Positions 19,262-29,524 of a stretch of DNA of 64,000 nt are shown here, in pieces; positions within the stretch are counted from its first letter, which is position 1; every line of letters begins with the position of its first letter. The position numbers were made by a program, and so were the translations under genes. The notes under the pieces were generated by a model that searched no databases, had not been told where the DNA came from, and saw nothing but the letters and a program-made list of their open reading frames with translations. This stretch comes from an uncultured delta proteobacterium (GTDB lineage Bacteria > Desulfobacterota > Syntrophia > Syntrophales > Smithellaceae): positions 672,001 to 736,000 of the forward strand of contig CAVWEH010000005.1 in assembly GCA_963753975.1 (NCBI GenBank), given 5' to 3'.

Positions 19262-19918
19262 CTACCTGTTGCGTTCGGCTTGCTTTCTTGCTTCTTCAAT
19301 TTGCTTTAAGTATTGCCTATTTATTTCTTCAGCCGTCCTCCTATATTGCTCGGCGGTTGGCGCCATGCTCCGGGCTTTGTATTGCATGGTGATTATGATC
19401 AACGTCAAAACAGCACCGATGATTCCAAATACCAGCCATGCTTTTTCTGAGGGAATATTGTGTACCTGCGCGCTGGCAATGACCAGAAAGTAGACGTAAA
19501 TCGCCATATAGAGGATGATGCCGGCGTAAGGAATGATGTTTATTATCACGACAATAGGCGCTAAAGCCATCAAGTAAGCCGCGCAGCGATAGGAAGTTTC
19601 ATAGTTTTCCCGAGAGCCGATCAGTTTCCAAATTACATAAATTATAGCGGCGCCGATAAAACTGCTGATAACGGAAAAAAGCGGAACAAAAATAATCATT
19701 CCCAGACTTTCCGCAAATCCTACGTACGCATAACTTAAGCCAAGAATGTCGATAAGGGCTTGAATAATACCGGCGATAACGCTCATTATTGCCGCAAAGA
19801 TTAGAGGTTCAACAAATCCGCCTGTTTTCGGCATTTTTTTAAAAAATTCTGCCGGCGCTGTTATAACTCGCACCGCCGTTTGCGGCATCGCTGCAAAATT
19901 AATGTCTTTTACTTCCAT
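19262..19918 (-). CDS. Yip1-domain membrane protein
   Basis: PAEFFKKMPKTGGFVEPLIF followed by five TM segments. Confidence 0.75.
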   Translation of the reverse strand: MEVKDINFAAMPQTAVRVITAPAEFFKKMPKTGGFVEPLIFAAIMSVIAGIIQALIDILGLSYAYVGFAESLGMIIFVPLFSVISSFIGAAIIYVIWKLIGSRENYETSYRCAAYLMALAPIVVIINIIPYAGIILYMAIYVYFLVIASAQVHNIPSEKAWLVFGIIGAVLTLIIITMQYKARSMAPTAEQYRRTAEEINRQYLKQIEEARKQAERNR

Positions 19919-20027
19919 TCTTACCCTCCTCTTTTATGGTTTTAAGAACAGCTGAATAATGGGGTTTTGGGTATCTCTCATGAATTAAGTTTATCGTCAA
20001 TCTATTGTTTTTGTATAGAAACATCTT

Positions 20028-20122
20028 GTTATTTCGAGGAGCGACAGCAACGAAAAATCTTTATTTTACGCTACTCATGATTCAAAGATTACTCACCCGC
20101 AATAGCGGGATTCGGAATGACA
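20028..20122. repeat. Miniature palindromic element (REP/RPE-like)
   Basis: GTTATTTCGA...AAATCTTT / AAAGATT...TCGGAATGAC imperfect inverted arms; internal CCCGC-AATA-GCGGG hairpin. Confidence 0.55.
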
Positions 20123-20174
20123 ATTTTTACGATCATGGAGCAGCCTCACGAGAGACCTCATGACACTGTCGCCA

Positions 20175-20621
20175 CTACACATCAAAGGAAGCATTAATTT
20201 TAAACGTCTTGACCGCCCTCATGTCCAGAATATCCGTAACACCTGTTTTTTCTATTAAGCGAGCCAGAAACAATTCTATCTCTTGCGGATCTGCCGCGTT
20301 CACAGTAAACCAGACGTTGTATTCATTATCCCTCAAGTAATTGTGCGTCACTCCCTTATATGCGTTTACAGTGTCAACAAATCTTTCGAGTTTATCTTGA
20401 GGCACACGCGCGGCGCAGAGCGTGCTGATGCGTCCTAATTTCGTACCATCAAATATCGCTCCGATCCGGCGAATAATGCCCTCATCTTTCATTTTTTGAA
20501 TACGGCTGAGTGCTTCTTCTTCGGTGATGCCGCACTTTTCGGCAACTATCTGAAACGGCTGTTCCGTGAACGGAAATTCCTTTTGCAGAATATTTAATAT
20601 TTTTTTATCGATTTCGTCCAT
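20175..20621 (-). CDS. ahbA: Siroheme decarboxylase subunit alpha (Lrp/AsnC-like)
   Basis: MDEIDKKILNILQKEFP, IIRRIGAIFD, STLCAA, GVTHNYLR, YNVWFT; heme cluster context. Confidence 0.85.
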   Translation of the reverse strand: MDEIDKKILNILQKEFPFTEQPFQIVAEKCGITEEEALSRIQKMKDEGIIRRIGAIFDGTKLGRISTLCAARVPQDKLERFVDTVNAYKGVTHNYLRDNEYNVWFTVNAADPQEIELFLARLIEKTGVTDILDMRAVKTFKINASFDV

Positions 20622-20670
20622 AATGCGTAAATAATTTCCAAATTCCCGTTTTGAGGGTATGCGCCCCCAG

Positions 20671-21741
20671 TCAACAGCCCTTTGGCTGATACAAGCACAA
20701 CGGCTCCTCCGCCAGGTAATCGCCCGTTGCTTCATAGGCGCGCGCGCGGCAGCCGCCGCATACCTTGATAAATTCACAGCGGCCGCACTTGCCGCCATAC
20801 TTACCGAGGTCTCGCAAATTTCTAAACACTTCCGAATTTTCCCAAACCAGATCAAACCTCTGCTTTTGAATATTACCGCAATCTAATTCCAGATAACCGC
20901 AGGGCTGAACCTGGCCAATGTGTGAAATAAAGCAAAAGGAGATGCCACCGAGGCACCCTCTGGTCATTTCATGAAACTGTCCTGCAGCCGGCTTGTTCTT
21001 CTGGCCTTTGTCTTTTTGCTGGTGAAGAATGCGGAAGTAATGAGGGGCGCACGTGGCTTTGAGCTGAATGGAACAATCCAGACTTTGCTTGTGAAACCAC
21101 ATAAGCATTTCTTCATAATCCGTCGCGGTTATTGCTTGATCTACCAAATCTCTGCCCCGTCCTGTGGGAACAAGCAAAAAGATATGATGCGCCGCGGCTC
21201 CCAGTTTTTTGGCTAATTCCAAAATATCTTTAATTTGACGGAGATTCGCGGTTGTAACTGTTGTATTGATTTGAAATTCCATACCGGCTCTTTTCATTGC
21301 ATCTATACCGTTCAGGGCTCCTCTAAAAGCGCCGCTCTCGCCACGAAAAGCATCATGGCTTGGCGCATCCTTACCATCAAGGCTTACGCTTACCCTTTTA
21401 ATACCGCTTTTAATCATTTTTTTCGCCGCGGCCTCATCAACAAGCATGCCGTTTGTTGCTATAACCATGCGCAAACCTTTTCCCGTTCCGTAGGCGGCTA
21501 TATCAAAAATATCGGGACGCAATAACGGCTCGCCCCCGGTCAGAATAATTACAGGTGAAGACATGGCGGTAATTTCATCGATAAGTTGAAAGCACTTTTC
21601 GGTAGAAAGCTCGCCCGCATAAGGGCCGCGGCTTGCCGCCGCCCGGCAATGGATGCAATTCAGATTACAGCTACGCGTAACCTCCCAAGCCACCATTTGT
21701 AAATTATTTTTTAATAACTTCGACGAAAGTTCCAACTTCAT
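20671..21741 (-). CDS. ahbD: Heme b synthase (radical SAM/SPASM)
   Basis: AWEVTRSCNLNCIHCRA, LKATCAPHYFR, GCLGG, CGGCRARA. Confidence 0.9.
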   Translation of the reverse strand: MKLELSSKLLKNNLQMVAWEVTRSCNLNCIHCRAAASRGPYAGELSTEKCFQLIDEITAMSSPVIILTGGEPLLRPDIFDIAAYGTGKGLRMVIATNGMLVDEAAAKKMIKSGIKRVSVSLDGKDAPSHDAFRGESGAFRGALNGIDAMKRAGMEFQINTTVTTANLRQIKDILELAKKLGAAAHHIFLLVPTGRGRDLVDQAITATDYEEMLMWFHKQSLDCSIQLKATCAPHYFRILHQQKDKGQKNKPAAGQFHEMTRGCLGGISFCFISHIGQVQPCGYLELDCGNIQKQRFDLVWENSEVFRNLRDLGKYGGKCGRCEFIKVCGGCRARAYEATGDYLAEEPLCLYQPKGC

Positions 21742-21785
21742 CTCCCCTTGGGGTTTTGCAATTATTATTTATATGCCTTTGCCTG

Positions 21786-21886
21786 GCTGAAAAATGGACT
21801 CATGAAGAGCGAATCGGAGATTTTTTCAGGCACCATGCCCTTGCAGCTTTTGCGCCCGGAAACGCAATGAGCCTATTTTTCAAAGC
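21786..21886. repeat. Intergenic palindromic element
   Basis: TGAAAAATGGACTCAT ... ATGAGCCTATTTTTCA imperfect inverted repeat between hemB and ahbD. Confidence 0.45.
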
Positions 21887-21888
21887 TC

Positions 21889-22863
21889 TCATTTGTTCAA
21901 GAATGCTGCTGCCTGCGGGGCAAAATAGGTTATAATAATATCCGCGCCAGCCCTTTTTATTGCTGTCAGTGTTTCCATCATCACTTTTTCTTCATCCAGC
22001 CAGCCCATCTGCGCCGCTGCTTTGATCATCGCGAATTCGCCGCTGACACTGTAGGCCGCGAGGGGCAAATCAAACTCTTGTTTGGCGCGATAAATTACAT
22101 CCAGGTAAGCCAGCGCCGGTTTCACCATGATGATATCCGCGCCTTCCGTAACATCAAGCCCGATTTCCCGAATCGCCTCATCTACATTGGCCGGATCCAT
22201 CTGATACGATTTCCTGTCGCCGAATTGCGGGGCGCTTTCGGCCGCTTCGCGAAAAGGGCCGTAGAAAGAGGAGGAATACTTGGCCGCGTAAGCCATAATC
22301 GGCGTATCTTCCAAATTGTTTTCATCGAGAGCTTCACGAATAGCCGCGACTTGTCCATCCATCATTGCCGAAGGGGCAACCATATCCGCACCCGCTTGCG
22401 CGTGCGATACTGCCGTTTCGGCCAGCACTTCCAGCGTGGCATCATTTTGCACCTGATCTTTCTCCAGAATGCCGCAATGGCCGTGGCTGGTGTATTCGCA
22501 CAGACAGACATCGGTAATCACCAGTATGTCCGGCACCTCACTTTTTATCCGCTTTATTGCCTGCTGGACAATACCGTCTTTCGCAAACGCTCCCGTGGCC
22601 ATTTCATCTTTTTTCTCGGGAATGCCGAAGAGGAAAACAGCGGGGATAGAAAGCTCCTGCGCTTTTTTCACTTCCTTGACTACGTTATCCATAGACATCT
22701 GAAAACTGCCCGGCATGGATTGAATAGGTTTTTTGAAATTCTTCCCACCAACGACAAAGAGCGGATAGAGCAGATCGTCAGCGCTTAGTTTTGTCTCACG
22801 AATCAAACGCCGGAAGTTTTCATTTTTTCTCAACCTTCTGGCGCGATATTCTGGAAATTGCAT
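21889..22863 (-). CDS. hemB: Porphobilinogen synthase
   Basis: [31 protein letters not shown]. Confidence 0.97.
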   Translation of the reverse strand: MQFPEYRARRLRKNENFRRLIRETKLSADDLLYPLFVVGGKNFKKPIQSMPGSFQMSMDNVVKEVKKAQELSIPAVFLFGIPEKKDEMATGAFAKDGIVQQAIKRIKSEVPDILVITDVCLCEYTSHGHCGILEKDQVQNDATLEVLAETAVSHAQAGADMVAPSAMMDGQVAAIREALDENNLEDTPIMAYAAKYSSSFYGPFREAAESAPQFGDRKSYQMDPANVDEAIREIGLDVTEGADIIMVKPALAYLDVIYRAKQEFDLPLAAYSVSGEFAMIKAAAQMGWLDEEKVMMETLTAIKRAGADIIITYFAPQAAAFLNK

Positions 22864-22866
22864 GTT

Positions 22867-24054
22867 TTAATCCTCCTTAGTGCCTATCTCTTTATCGGTA
22901 AGATAACAGGCGGGATCGGGCCCCCAGATATCTCCCGCCGCTTCGGCCCTGGCCCGGAAATTTCCGGCGCAGATGTCCAACCAGCAGCACTGAGCGCAGC
23001 GTCCTTTTACATATTTCCTTTTTTGTTTTAATTTTGCCAAAAACTCATTAGCTGTATCAAGCCAGATCTCACTAAAAGGCTTTTGGCGGATATTGCCGAC
23101 AGGCCTGTTGCGCCAGAATTGATCGGCATAAACTTCGCCGTCCCAGCTCACACAGCCGATACCGAGTCCCGAACTATTACCCTCATTCATTTGCAGAAGC
23201 TCCAACACTTCTTTGGCGCGTTCAGGATTTTCTTCTTTCATCTTTAAATAAAGATACGGACCGTCGGCATGATTATCCACGGTGAGAATTTCCGGCTTTC
23301 CGCCCGCATCGAACATTTGCCGGGTTCGCTGCATGATTAAATCAAGAAGTCTCCTCGTTTCCTGATGAGTTAAGTCTTCTTTTCTCAGTTTGGAACCACG
23401 GCCGGTGTAAACAAGATGATAGAAACACAATCTTTCTATTTTTTCTGTTTCCAGCAAATCGAACATCGCCGGCACATCCGGCAGATTATGTTTGTTTACG
23501 GTAAAGCGGATACCGACTTTAATTCCGGCATCGCGGCAATTTCTTATTCCTTCCATGGCCGCGGCAAACGCGCCCTTCTTACCCCGGAAGCGGTCATGTG
23601 TTTTTTCCAAACCGTCCAGGCTTACACCCACATAGGAAAGACCGATCTTCTGAAGTTTGGATGCCATTTCTTTAGTGATCAGCGTCCCGTTGGTGGAAAT
23701 GACAGCCCGCATCGCTTTACCGACAGCGTATTGCGCGAGCTCCAATAAATCCGGGCGCAAAAGCGGTTCGCCGCCGGAAAAAAGAATTACCGGCGAGCCG
23801 AACGCTGCCAGATCGTCAATGAGTTTTTTACCCTCTTGTGTTGTCAATTCATCGGGTGCAAAAGTATTGTCCGAGCTGGAATAGCAATGGACGCACTTCA
23901 AATTACAGCGGCGCGTCATATTCCAGACGACAACGGGGCGTTTATCGGCAGAAAATTGTAACAAATGCGAGGGAAGCGCTCTGGAATGCCTGCCGTAGCG
24001 CAGCACATCGGATGGTTCCACCGCGCCGCAATATAATTTGGATATGCCGATCAT
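22867..24054 (-). CDS. ahbC: 12,18-didecarboxysiroheme deacetylase (radical SAM)
   Basis: MIGISKLYCG, CNLKCVHCY, LTVDNHADG, GNFRARA, DPACYL. Confidence 0.9.
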   Translation of the reverse strand: MIGISKLYCGAVEPSDVLRYGRHSRALPSHLLQFSADKRPVVVWNMTRRCNLKCVHCYSSSDNTFAPDELTTQEGKKLIDDLAAFGSPVILFSGGEPLLRPDLLELAQYAVGKAMRAVISTNGTLITKEMASKLQKIGLSYVGVSLDGLEKTHDRFRGKKGAFAAAMEGIRNCRDAGIKVGIRFTVNKHNLPDVPAMFDLLETEKIERLCFYHLVYTGRGSKLRKEDLTHQETRRLLDLIMQRTRQMFDAGGKPEILTVDNHADGPYLYLKMKEENPERAKEVLELLQMNEGNSSGLGIGCVSWDGEVYADQFWRNRPVGNIRQKPFSEIWLDTANEFLAKLKQKRKYVKGRCAQCCWLDICAGNFRARAEAAGDIWGPDPACYLTDKEIGTKED

Positions 24055-25610
24055 TTTTTCTGTCCCTCAAACCTGCCGCGAGCAATTTTCTTTTCAAAAT
24101 AATCAATCAAAGCCCGAACCAGCCCCTCCATAGTATATTCTTCCTGATGGATGTCCACGGAAAATCCCGCTTTTTTCGCGGCGGCAGCGGTAACGGGTCC
24201 GATGCAGGCAATTTTGGCCTGCGGCGGATAGGAAAAATCTTTACCCATAATTTCCACGAAATTATTGACTGTTGAAGAGCTGGTAAACGTAATCACATCC
24301 ACTCGATTTTCATCAAACAATTTTTCGAGCTCTTTCTTTTTCTTTCCCGAACTTACTGTTTGGTAAACTGTAACCATATCAACCTTGGCACCGAGTTTTT
24401 TCAAACCCTCGGGAAGAATATCGCGCGCGCTGTATGCCCGTGGAATAAGTATTTTCTTTCTCCGCAAATCGACGCCGGCAAATGATTTAAGAATTCCTTC
24501 GGAGATGAAGTAATCGGGAACCAGATCGACTTTCATGCCTCGCTTTTCGATTTGCCGGGCAGTAGCCGGACCGATACAGCAAATTTTAATTCCTTTCAGA
24601 TCACGAACATCTCTTCCTTTTTCCAGGAGTCTTTCCAAAAAGAATTGAACGCCGTTGGCGCTGGTAAAGATCAGCCAGTCATAATTTTCCAGATTTTTTA
24701 TTGCCGCATCAAGTTTACGCCAATCCGTCGGAGGAACAATTTTGATCGTCGGAAAGCGAATGGGATTCGCTCCTTCTCTTTCCAAGAGCTCTGCCAACTC
24801 GTCGGCTTGCGTCTCCGGTCGAGTTATAACAATGCCTTTGCTGAAAAGCGGTTTTTCATCGAACCACTGCAACTTGTCGCGCAGATCAACGACCGGACCG
24901 ACAACCAGGATAGCCGGAGGGTCGAATTGATTGGCATGAGCCAGGATGACGATGTCTGCCAGCGTGCCCGTAAGAATTTCCTGCTGCGGCGTCGTGCCGC
25001 GGCGGATAAGCGCTGCCGGTGTGTCTGGCGGTTTGCCGCGCCCAATTAGTTCTTTTGTAATCTGGCCCAAATTTTTCACGCCCATCAAAAAAACCAGCGT
25101 GCCGATACCGGCCAGTGCTTGCCAGTCAATGTCGCTTTTTTCTTTAGACGGGTCTTCATGGCCGGTGATAAAGGCAATAGTGGAAGTGAGCCCGCGATGA
25201 GTGAGCGGAATTCCCGCATAAGCGGGAACAGCGATTGCGGAAGTAACTCCCGGGACTATTTCAAAAGGGATGCCTTTTGACACGAGTATTTCTGCCTCTT
25301 CTCCGCCGCGGCCGAAAATAAAGGGATCGCCGCCTTTCAGCCGCGCCACCATATTTCCCGCCGCAGCTTCTTTAATCAATAGGTTGTTGATTGTTTCCTG
25401 CGATAAAGTATGATCGCCGCCTTTTTTCCCCGCGTAAATAAGGCGGGCATCACTCCTGGCGTATTTTAATAACTTTTCATTTACCAGATTGTCGTAAACA
25501 ACTACATCGGCCAGACGCAGACAATCAACACCTTTGATGGTAATCAAACCAGCGTCACCCGGACCAGCACCGATGATATAAACTTTACCTACTTTAGATT
25601 TTTGTCCCAT
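24051..25610 (-). CDS. cobA: Uroporphyrinogen-III C-methyltransferase / synthase fusion (CobA-HemD)
   Basis: GAGPGDAGL, RLKGGDPFIFGRGGEE, then HemD domain FTSANGV, FTSSSTV. Confidence 0.95.
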   Translation of the reverse strand: MGQKSKVGKVYIIGAGPGDAGLITIKGVDCLRLADVVVYDNLVNEKLLKYARSDARLIYAGKKGGDHTLSQETINNLLIKEAAAGNMVARLKGGDPFIFGRGGEEAEILVSKGIPFEIVPGVTSAIAVPAYAGIPLTHRGLTSTIAFITGHEDPSKEKSDIDWQALAGIGTLVFLMGVKNLGQITKELIGRGKPPDTPAALIRRGTTPQQEILTGTLADIVILAHANQFDPPAILVVGPVVDLRDKLQWFDEKPLFSKGIVITRPETQADELAELLEREGANPIRFPTIKIVPPTDWRKLDAAIKNLENYDWLIFTSANGVQFFLERLLEKGRDVRDLKGIKICCIGPATARQIEKRGMKVDLVPDYFISEGILKSFAGVDLRRKKILIPRAYSARDILPEGLKKLGAKVDMVTVYQTVSSGKKKKELEKLFDENRVDVITFTSSSTVNNFVEIMGKDFSYPPQAKIACIGPVTAAAAKKAGFSVDIHQEEYTMEGLVRALIDYFEKKIARGRFEGQKK

Positions 25611-25616
25611 AGCTTT

Positions 25617-26531
25617 TCAATGAACCAAATCCAAAAACTTTTTGCCGCCGCGCGCCAGAATCATTTCGGCCAGTTTTTTGCCCAGTTCTTCCGCTTCAAA
25701 AATAGTTCCTTTCACTTTATCCCTGATTATGCCCGTGCCTTGAGGCGAAGCCACAAGCCCTTCCAGCGAAAGTTTATCCCCTTCCAGTTTGGCTAACGCG
25801 GCAATAGGCAAAAGGCAGCCGCCGCCTAAGCAACGCAAAAAGTAACGCTCCGCCGTCACTTCGGTATAGGTCGGCGCATGATTAATTTTCGCCAGAATTT
25901 TTTTGAGTTCATTATCGCTTGTTCTTACTTCCAGCCCCAAAGCCCCCTGTCCGACTGCGGGCAGCATCAATTCCACCGGCAGGAACTGCGAAATTCTCTG
26001 AACAAATCCCATGCGCTTCATCCCCGCTGCGGCGACAATAATGGCGTCGAGGTTTTCCGTTTCTATTTTTTTCAGTCTCGTATCCAAATTCCCCCGCAGG
26101 GGAAGAATTACCGCGTCAGGCAATATGTCCAGAAGCTGGGCGGCGCGGCGCAACGATCCCGTACCGATTCTCGCTCCTTTGGGCATCTGTTCGATCTTCC
26201 TTCCATCCCGGGATGCCAGGATATCCCTGGCGTCTTCCCGCTCCAGGATCGCGGCAAATTCCAAACCGTCGGGAATTTCCGTAGGTACATCTTTCATGCT
26301 GTGTACGGCTAAATCAACATTTTTCGCAAGAAGGGCGTTTTCAATCTCTTTGACAAACACGCCTTTGCCGCCAATTTTCAACAAAGATATATCCTGCATG
26401 ATATCGCCGGCGGTCTTAATGATGCGGATTTCGATTGCGGCTTCCGGCATTATTTTTTTTATTTTTTCGGCAACCAGATTAGTCTGGGCTAAAGCCAGCC
26501 TGCTGCCGCGGGTGCCTATTTTTAAATTCAT
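25617..26531 (-). CDS. hemC: Hydroxymethylbilane synthase
   Basis: IGTRGSRLALAQ, GGKGVFVKEIE, VHSMKD, LRGNLDTRL; start taken at MNLKIG. Confidence 0.95.
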   Translation of the reverse strand: MNLKIGTRGSRLALAQTNLVAEKIKKIMPEAAIEIRIIKTAGDIMQDISLLKIGGKGVFVKEIENALLAKNVDLAVHSMKDVPTEIPDGLEFAAILEREDARDILASRDGRKIEQMPKGARIGTGSLRRAAQLLDILPDAVILPLRGNLDTRLKKIETENLDAIIVAAAGMKRMGFVQRISQFLPVELMLPAVGQGALGLEVRTSDNELKKILAKINHAPTYTEVTAERYFLRCLGGGCLLPIAALAKLEGDKLSLEGLVASPQGTGIIRDKVKGTIFEAEELGKKLAEMILARGGKKFLDLVH

Positions 26532-26610
26532 ATAACCCTGCATTAATTTTTTAGACTTTGACCTCGGACCACTTAAATAGCTACGTGCAAGAACATCGCC
26601 GCGTTTTATC

Positions 26611-27873
26611 TTATTCATCCAAACGAAAGATTTGCCTCACGGTAGCCACGATATCGGCGGAACCGACTGCGGAGCTTTCTTCTTTTAAAACACTCACTGG
26701 AGTATGCAGTATCTTGTTGACGATGGAATTGACCAGAATTTTTATTTTTTCTTGTTGCTCCTGATCAAATTTTTGCATCCAGCTTACCGCCTTCTCCATT
26801 TCCGCCTGCGTAATTTCTTCGGCCTTGGTCCGCAGGGACACTATTGTCGGTACAGCCTCCAATTCTTTCAACCAGTCAGTGTAATGCATTATTTCCTCTT
26901 CCACGATCGCTTCAGCTTTAATTGCTTCTCTTTTACGGCTATTCATGTTTTCATCGACAATATCCTGAAGATTGTCAATGTTATAAAGATAAACATTTTC
27001 AATAGAATCAACCGCGGGATCAATGTCGCGCGGGACGGCTATGTCAATCAAAAACAGCAGGCGATTTTTGCGCTTATGATGAATCCTCCGGATCAAATCC
27101 GCAGTAACGATATAGTCAGGTGCATCCGTGGAGCTAATTACAATGTCGGCTTCGATCAGTTTTTCACCTAAAGCGTCGAGCGTTACCGCTTCTCCATGAA
27201 ATTTCTCCGCGAGCGTCACCGCCTGCGATGGCGATCTGTTGGCGATCACTATATCCTCCGCCCCGCTGCTGATCAGATGTGTGCCGGTCAATTCCGCCAT
27301 CTCGCCGGCCCCGATCAATAAAATTTTCCTGCTTGCAAGCGTTCCGAATATTTTCTTGGCCAACTCCACCGCGGCAAAACTCACGGAAACCGGATTGACC
27401 GCTATCGTCGTTTCCGACCGAACGCGTTTGGCAGTGCGAAAAGCGCGGTGCATCAAGCGGTTAAGAACAGTCCCTATTGCATTTCGTTCCAAAGCCCGGC
27501 GGTACGCGTCTTTCACCTGCCCGAGAATTTGTGTTTCGCCCATCACCAGTGAATCCAGGCTGGATGCCACTCTAAAAATATGGCGGACCGCTTCCTCATC
27601 GCAATATTTGTAGAGACATTTTTCCGCTTCCACCCGTGTCAAATTTCCATTTCGCGCCAAAAGATCAAAGAGGCTACGGATGGTTTCCTCCTCCCCTTCG
27701 ATACTGGCGATAATTTCAATCCGGTTGCAGGTCGAAATATATAAAACTTCCTGCACGCCTTTTAAGGAAAGAAGCCGAGAAAAGAGGTCGTTTCCTTTTC
27801 CACAACCGGCAAATATTTTCTCCCGAACAGCAAGCGGCGCTGTTTTATGATTTACGCCAATTAATACAATCAT
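26611..27873 (-). CDS. hemA: Glutamyl-tRNA reductase
   Basis: GVNHKTAP, STCNRIE, GETQILGQVK, IGAGEMA, DIAVPRD. Confidence 0.97.
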   Translation of the reverse strand: MIVLIGVNHKTAPLAVREKIFAGCGKGNDLFSRLLSLKGVQEVLYISTCNRIEIIASIEGEEETIRSLFDLLARNGNLTRVEAEKCLYKYCDEEAVRHIFRVASSLDSLVMGETQILGQVKDAYRRALERNAIGTVLNRLMHRAFRTAKRVRSETTIAVNPVSVSFAAVELAKKIFGTLASRKILLIGAGEMAELTGTHLISSGAEDIVIANRSPSQAVTLAEKFHGEAVTLDALGEKLIEADIVISSTDAPDYIVTADLIRRIHHKRKNRLLFLIDIAVPRDIDPAVDSIENVYLYNIDNLQDIVDENMNSRKREAIKAEAIVEEEIMHYTDWLKELEAVPTIVSLRTKAEEITQAEMEKAVSWMQKFDQEQQEKIKILVNSIVNKILHTPVSVLKEESSAVGSADIVATVRQIFRLDE

Positions 27874-27876
27874 GTC

Positions 27877-28713
27877 TTAAATAAAATCATGCAAAGTTGT
27901 AAAACAAAATCTCACGCCAATATAAGATAACAAGAAGAGAATAAAAACGGCGCAGGAAACTACAGCCATTCGGAAACCTTTCCAACCTATGGCGAGCCGC
28001 TGATGCAGAAGAAATCCGTAAATAATCCAGGCGCTGAATGTCCAAATAATTTTTGGGTCTGCCGGCCAACCTCTCTCCCAGGCAAATCCCGCAAAAACCG
28101 CTCCGGCAACAATACCTACGGTCAAAACGGGGAACCCCCAGAGCAGGCAAATATGATTAATCTTGTCCAGATCGCTAAGCGAAGGCAATAACCTGCTCAT
28201 CGAGCTCAGTTTCTTATGCTTCAAGAGACCATTTTGAATTATGAACATTGCTCCCGCGCAGGAGGCAAGAACAAATAAAACTCCCCCGACGATCGTTAAA
28301 GCCAGATGAGCCATAGTCAGCCAGTTTCGTAACCCTTCCGGCAGCAGAGATTTGCCCGTTTGGTATCCGGCAGCTGCAATAATAAAAAACAAAATGAAAG
28401 GAGAAATAAAGGCGCCCAACGATCTTGTTTTGGTTCTAAATTGCAGGGCAAGATAAACTCCACTTGCCGACCAGGCGCAAAAAGAGAAGAAAGCGCGCGA
28501 ACCGAGGTTATGAAATCCGGCTGAACTGATGACCGCGAAGAATAAATAGAAGGTGATAAAGCCGAAAGCAATGGCCAAAATCCAGGTGGAAATTTTGGCC
28601 AGCATAATTCTTTTTACAAGCAATGAAAGCGAATATCCGGCAACGGACAGAGCACACAGGACAAAGGCAATTTTAAATAAAATAAGCTCTGTGTTAATTA
28701 AACTCAATTTCAA
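27877..28713 (-). CDS. ccsA: Cytochrome c assembly protein (CcsA/HemX-like)
   Basis: About 8 TM segments, conserved His, DPKIIWT motif; typical position next to hemA. Confidence 0.75.
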   Translation of the reverse strand: MKLSLINTELILFKIAFVLCALSVAGYSLSLLVKRIMLAKISTWILAIAFGFITFYLFFAVISSAGFHNLGSRAFFSFCAWSASGVYLALQFRTKTRSLGAFISPFILFFIIAAAGYQTGKSLLPEGLRNWLTMAHLALTIVGGVLFVLASCAGAMFIIQNGLLKHKKLSSMSRLLPSLSDLDKINHICLLWGFPVLTVGIVAGAVFAGFAWERGWPADPKIIWTFSAWIIYGFLLHQRLAIGWKGFRMAVVSCAVFILFLLSYIGVRFCFTTLHDFI

Positions 28714-29335
28714 CCTCCGTGCCCGTGATTTTCTTTACAAGCATCTTCACCTTCTTCCATTTTTTTCCCTTTATAATGTCAAGTATCCCCGCAGCCAATA
28801 AGGATGTAAACCAATCTTTCCCCACACCGGAATTTTTTGCCATTTTGGTTCTCAGGCTCCCTAAAATGTTGAGAAAAATTTCATATTCTTTTCCATATTG
28901 GGATTCGAGCTCTTCGCGTAGATGCTTCGCCAGTGCCGGACTTTTGCCGCCGGTTCCTATAGCGATTGTCAGATCTCCTCGCTCCACAACGGAGGGCAAA
29001 ATAAAATCGCTTTTTTGCGGATCGTCAACAATATTTACGGGGATGCCTTTATTGCCGGCATCGCCGCATATTGCGGCATTAGTTTTTTCATCATCAGTCG
29101 CCCCCACAACCAAAGCGGCCCCATAAATATATTCACTGGAGTAATCCTTAGCAATGTGGCTAATCACATTTTCGTGGGCGAGCCGGGTAAGCTCTGGTGT
29201 CAGTCGGGAGCTGATGATAAATACTTTAGCACCGCTCTCCAAAAGCCTTTTTACTTTTCTTTCCGCAACTTCACCGCCGCCGACGACGATGCATTTCTTG
29301 CCGGCAACATTCCAAAAGACAGGGTAATATTTCAA
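28694..29335 (-). CDS. Precorrin-2 dehydrogenase / sirohydrochlorin ferrochelatase (SirC/Met8-like)
   Basis: YYPVF, VGGGEVAERK, NIVDDP, TGGKSPALA; TTG start with GAAAGGA RBS. Confidence 0.9.
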   Translation of the reverse strand: MKYYPVFWNVAGKKCIVVGGGEVAERKVKRLLESGAKVFIISSRLTPELTRLAHENVISHIAKDYSSEYIYGAALVVGATDDEKTNAAICGDAGNKGIPVNIVDDPQKSDFILPSVVERGDLTIAIGTGGKSPALAKHLREELESQYGKEYEIFLNILGSLRTKMAKNSGVGKDWFTSLLAAGILDIIKGKKWKKVKMLVKKITGTEVEIEFN

Positions 29336-29524
29336 TGTTTTCCTTTCTGTTGCTGTTGGGATACGCTTATCAGCCCGGTTCGGCGAAACTACCACGAAGG
29401 GGGGTAAAATACAAGCCGGGGGATTTGTACAAAAGTGTCGAGCGAGACATGCTTAAGTATCAGCCCGCTTGAATTATTGCCCGAAACAAGCTATATGATT
29501 TTTACGAGAAGCAAAGGATTTTTC

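Noticed and set aside
20622..20855. Long N-terminal extension of ahbA
   Set aside because: Overlaps ahbD in another frame; homology begins at MDEID (20621)
22078..22788. Long antisense ORFs (also 35935..36624, 59741..60379, 60775..61452)
   Set aside because: Shadows of well-conserved genes on the opposite strand, with no motifs
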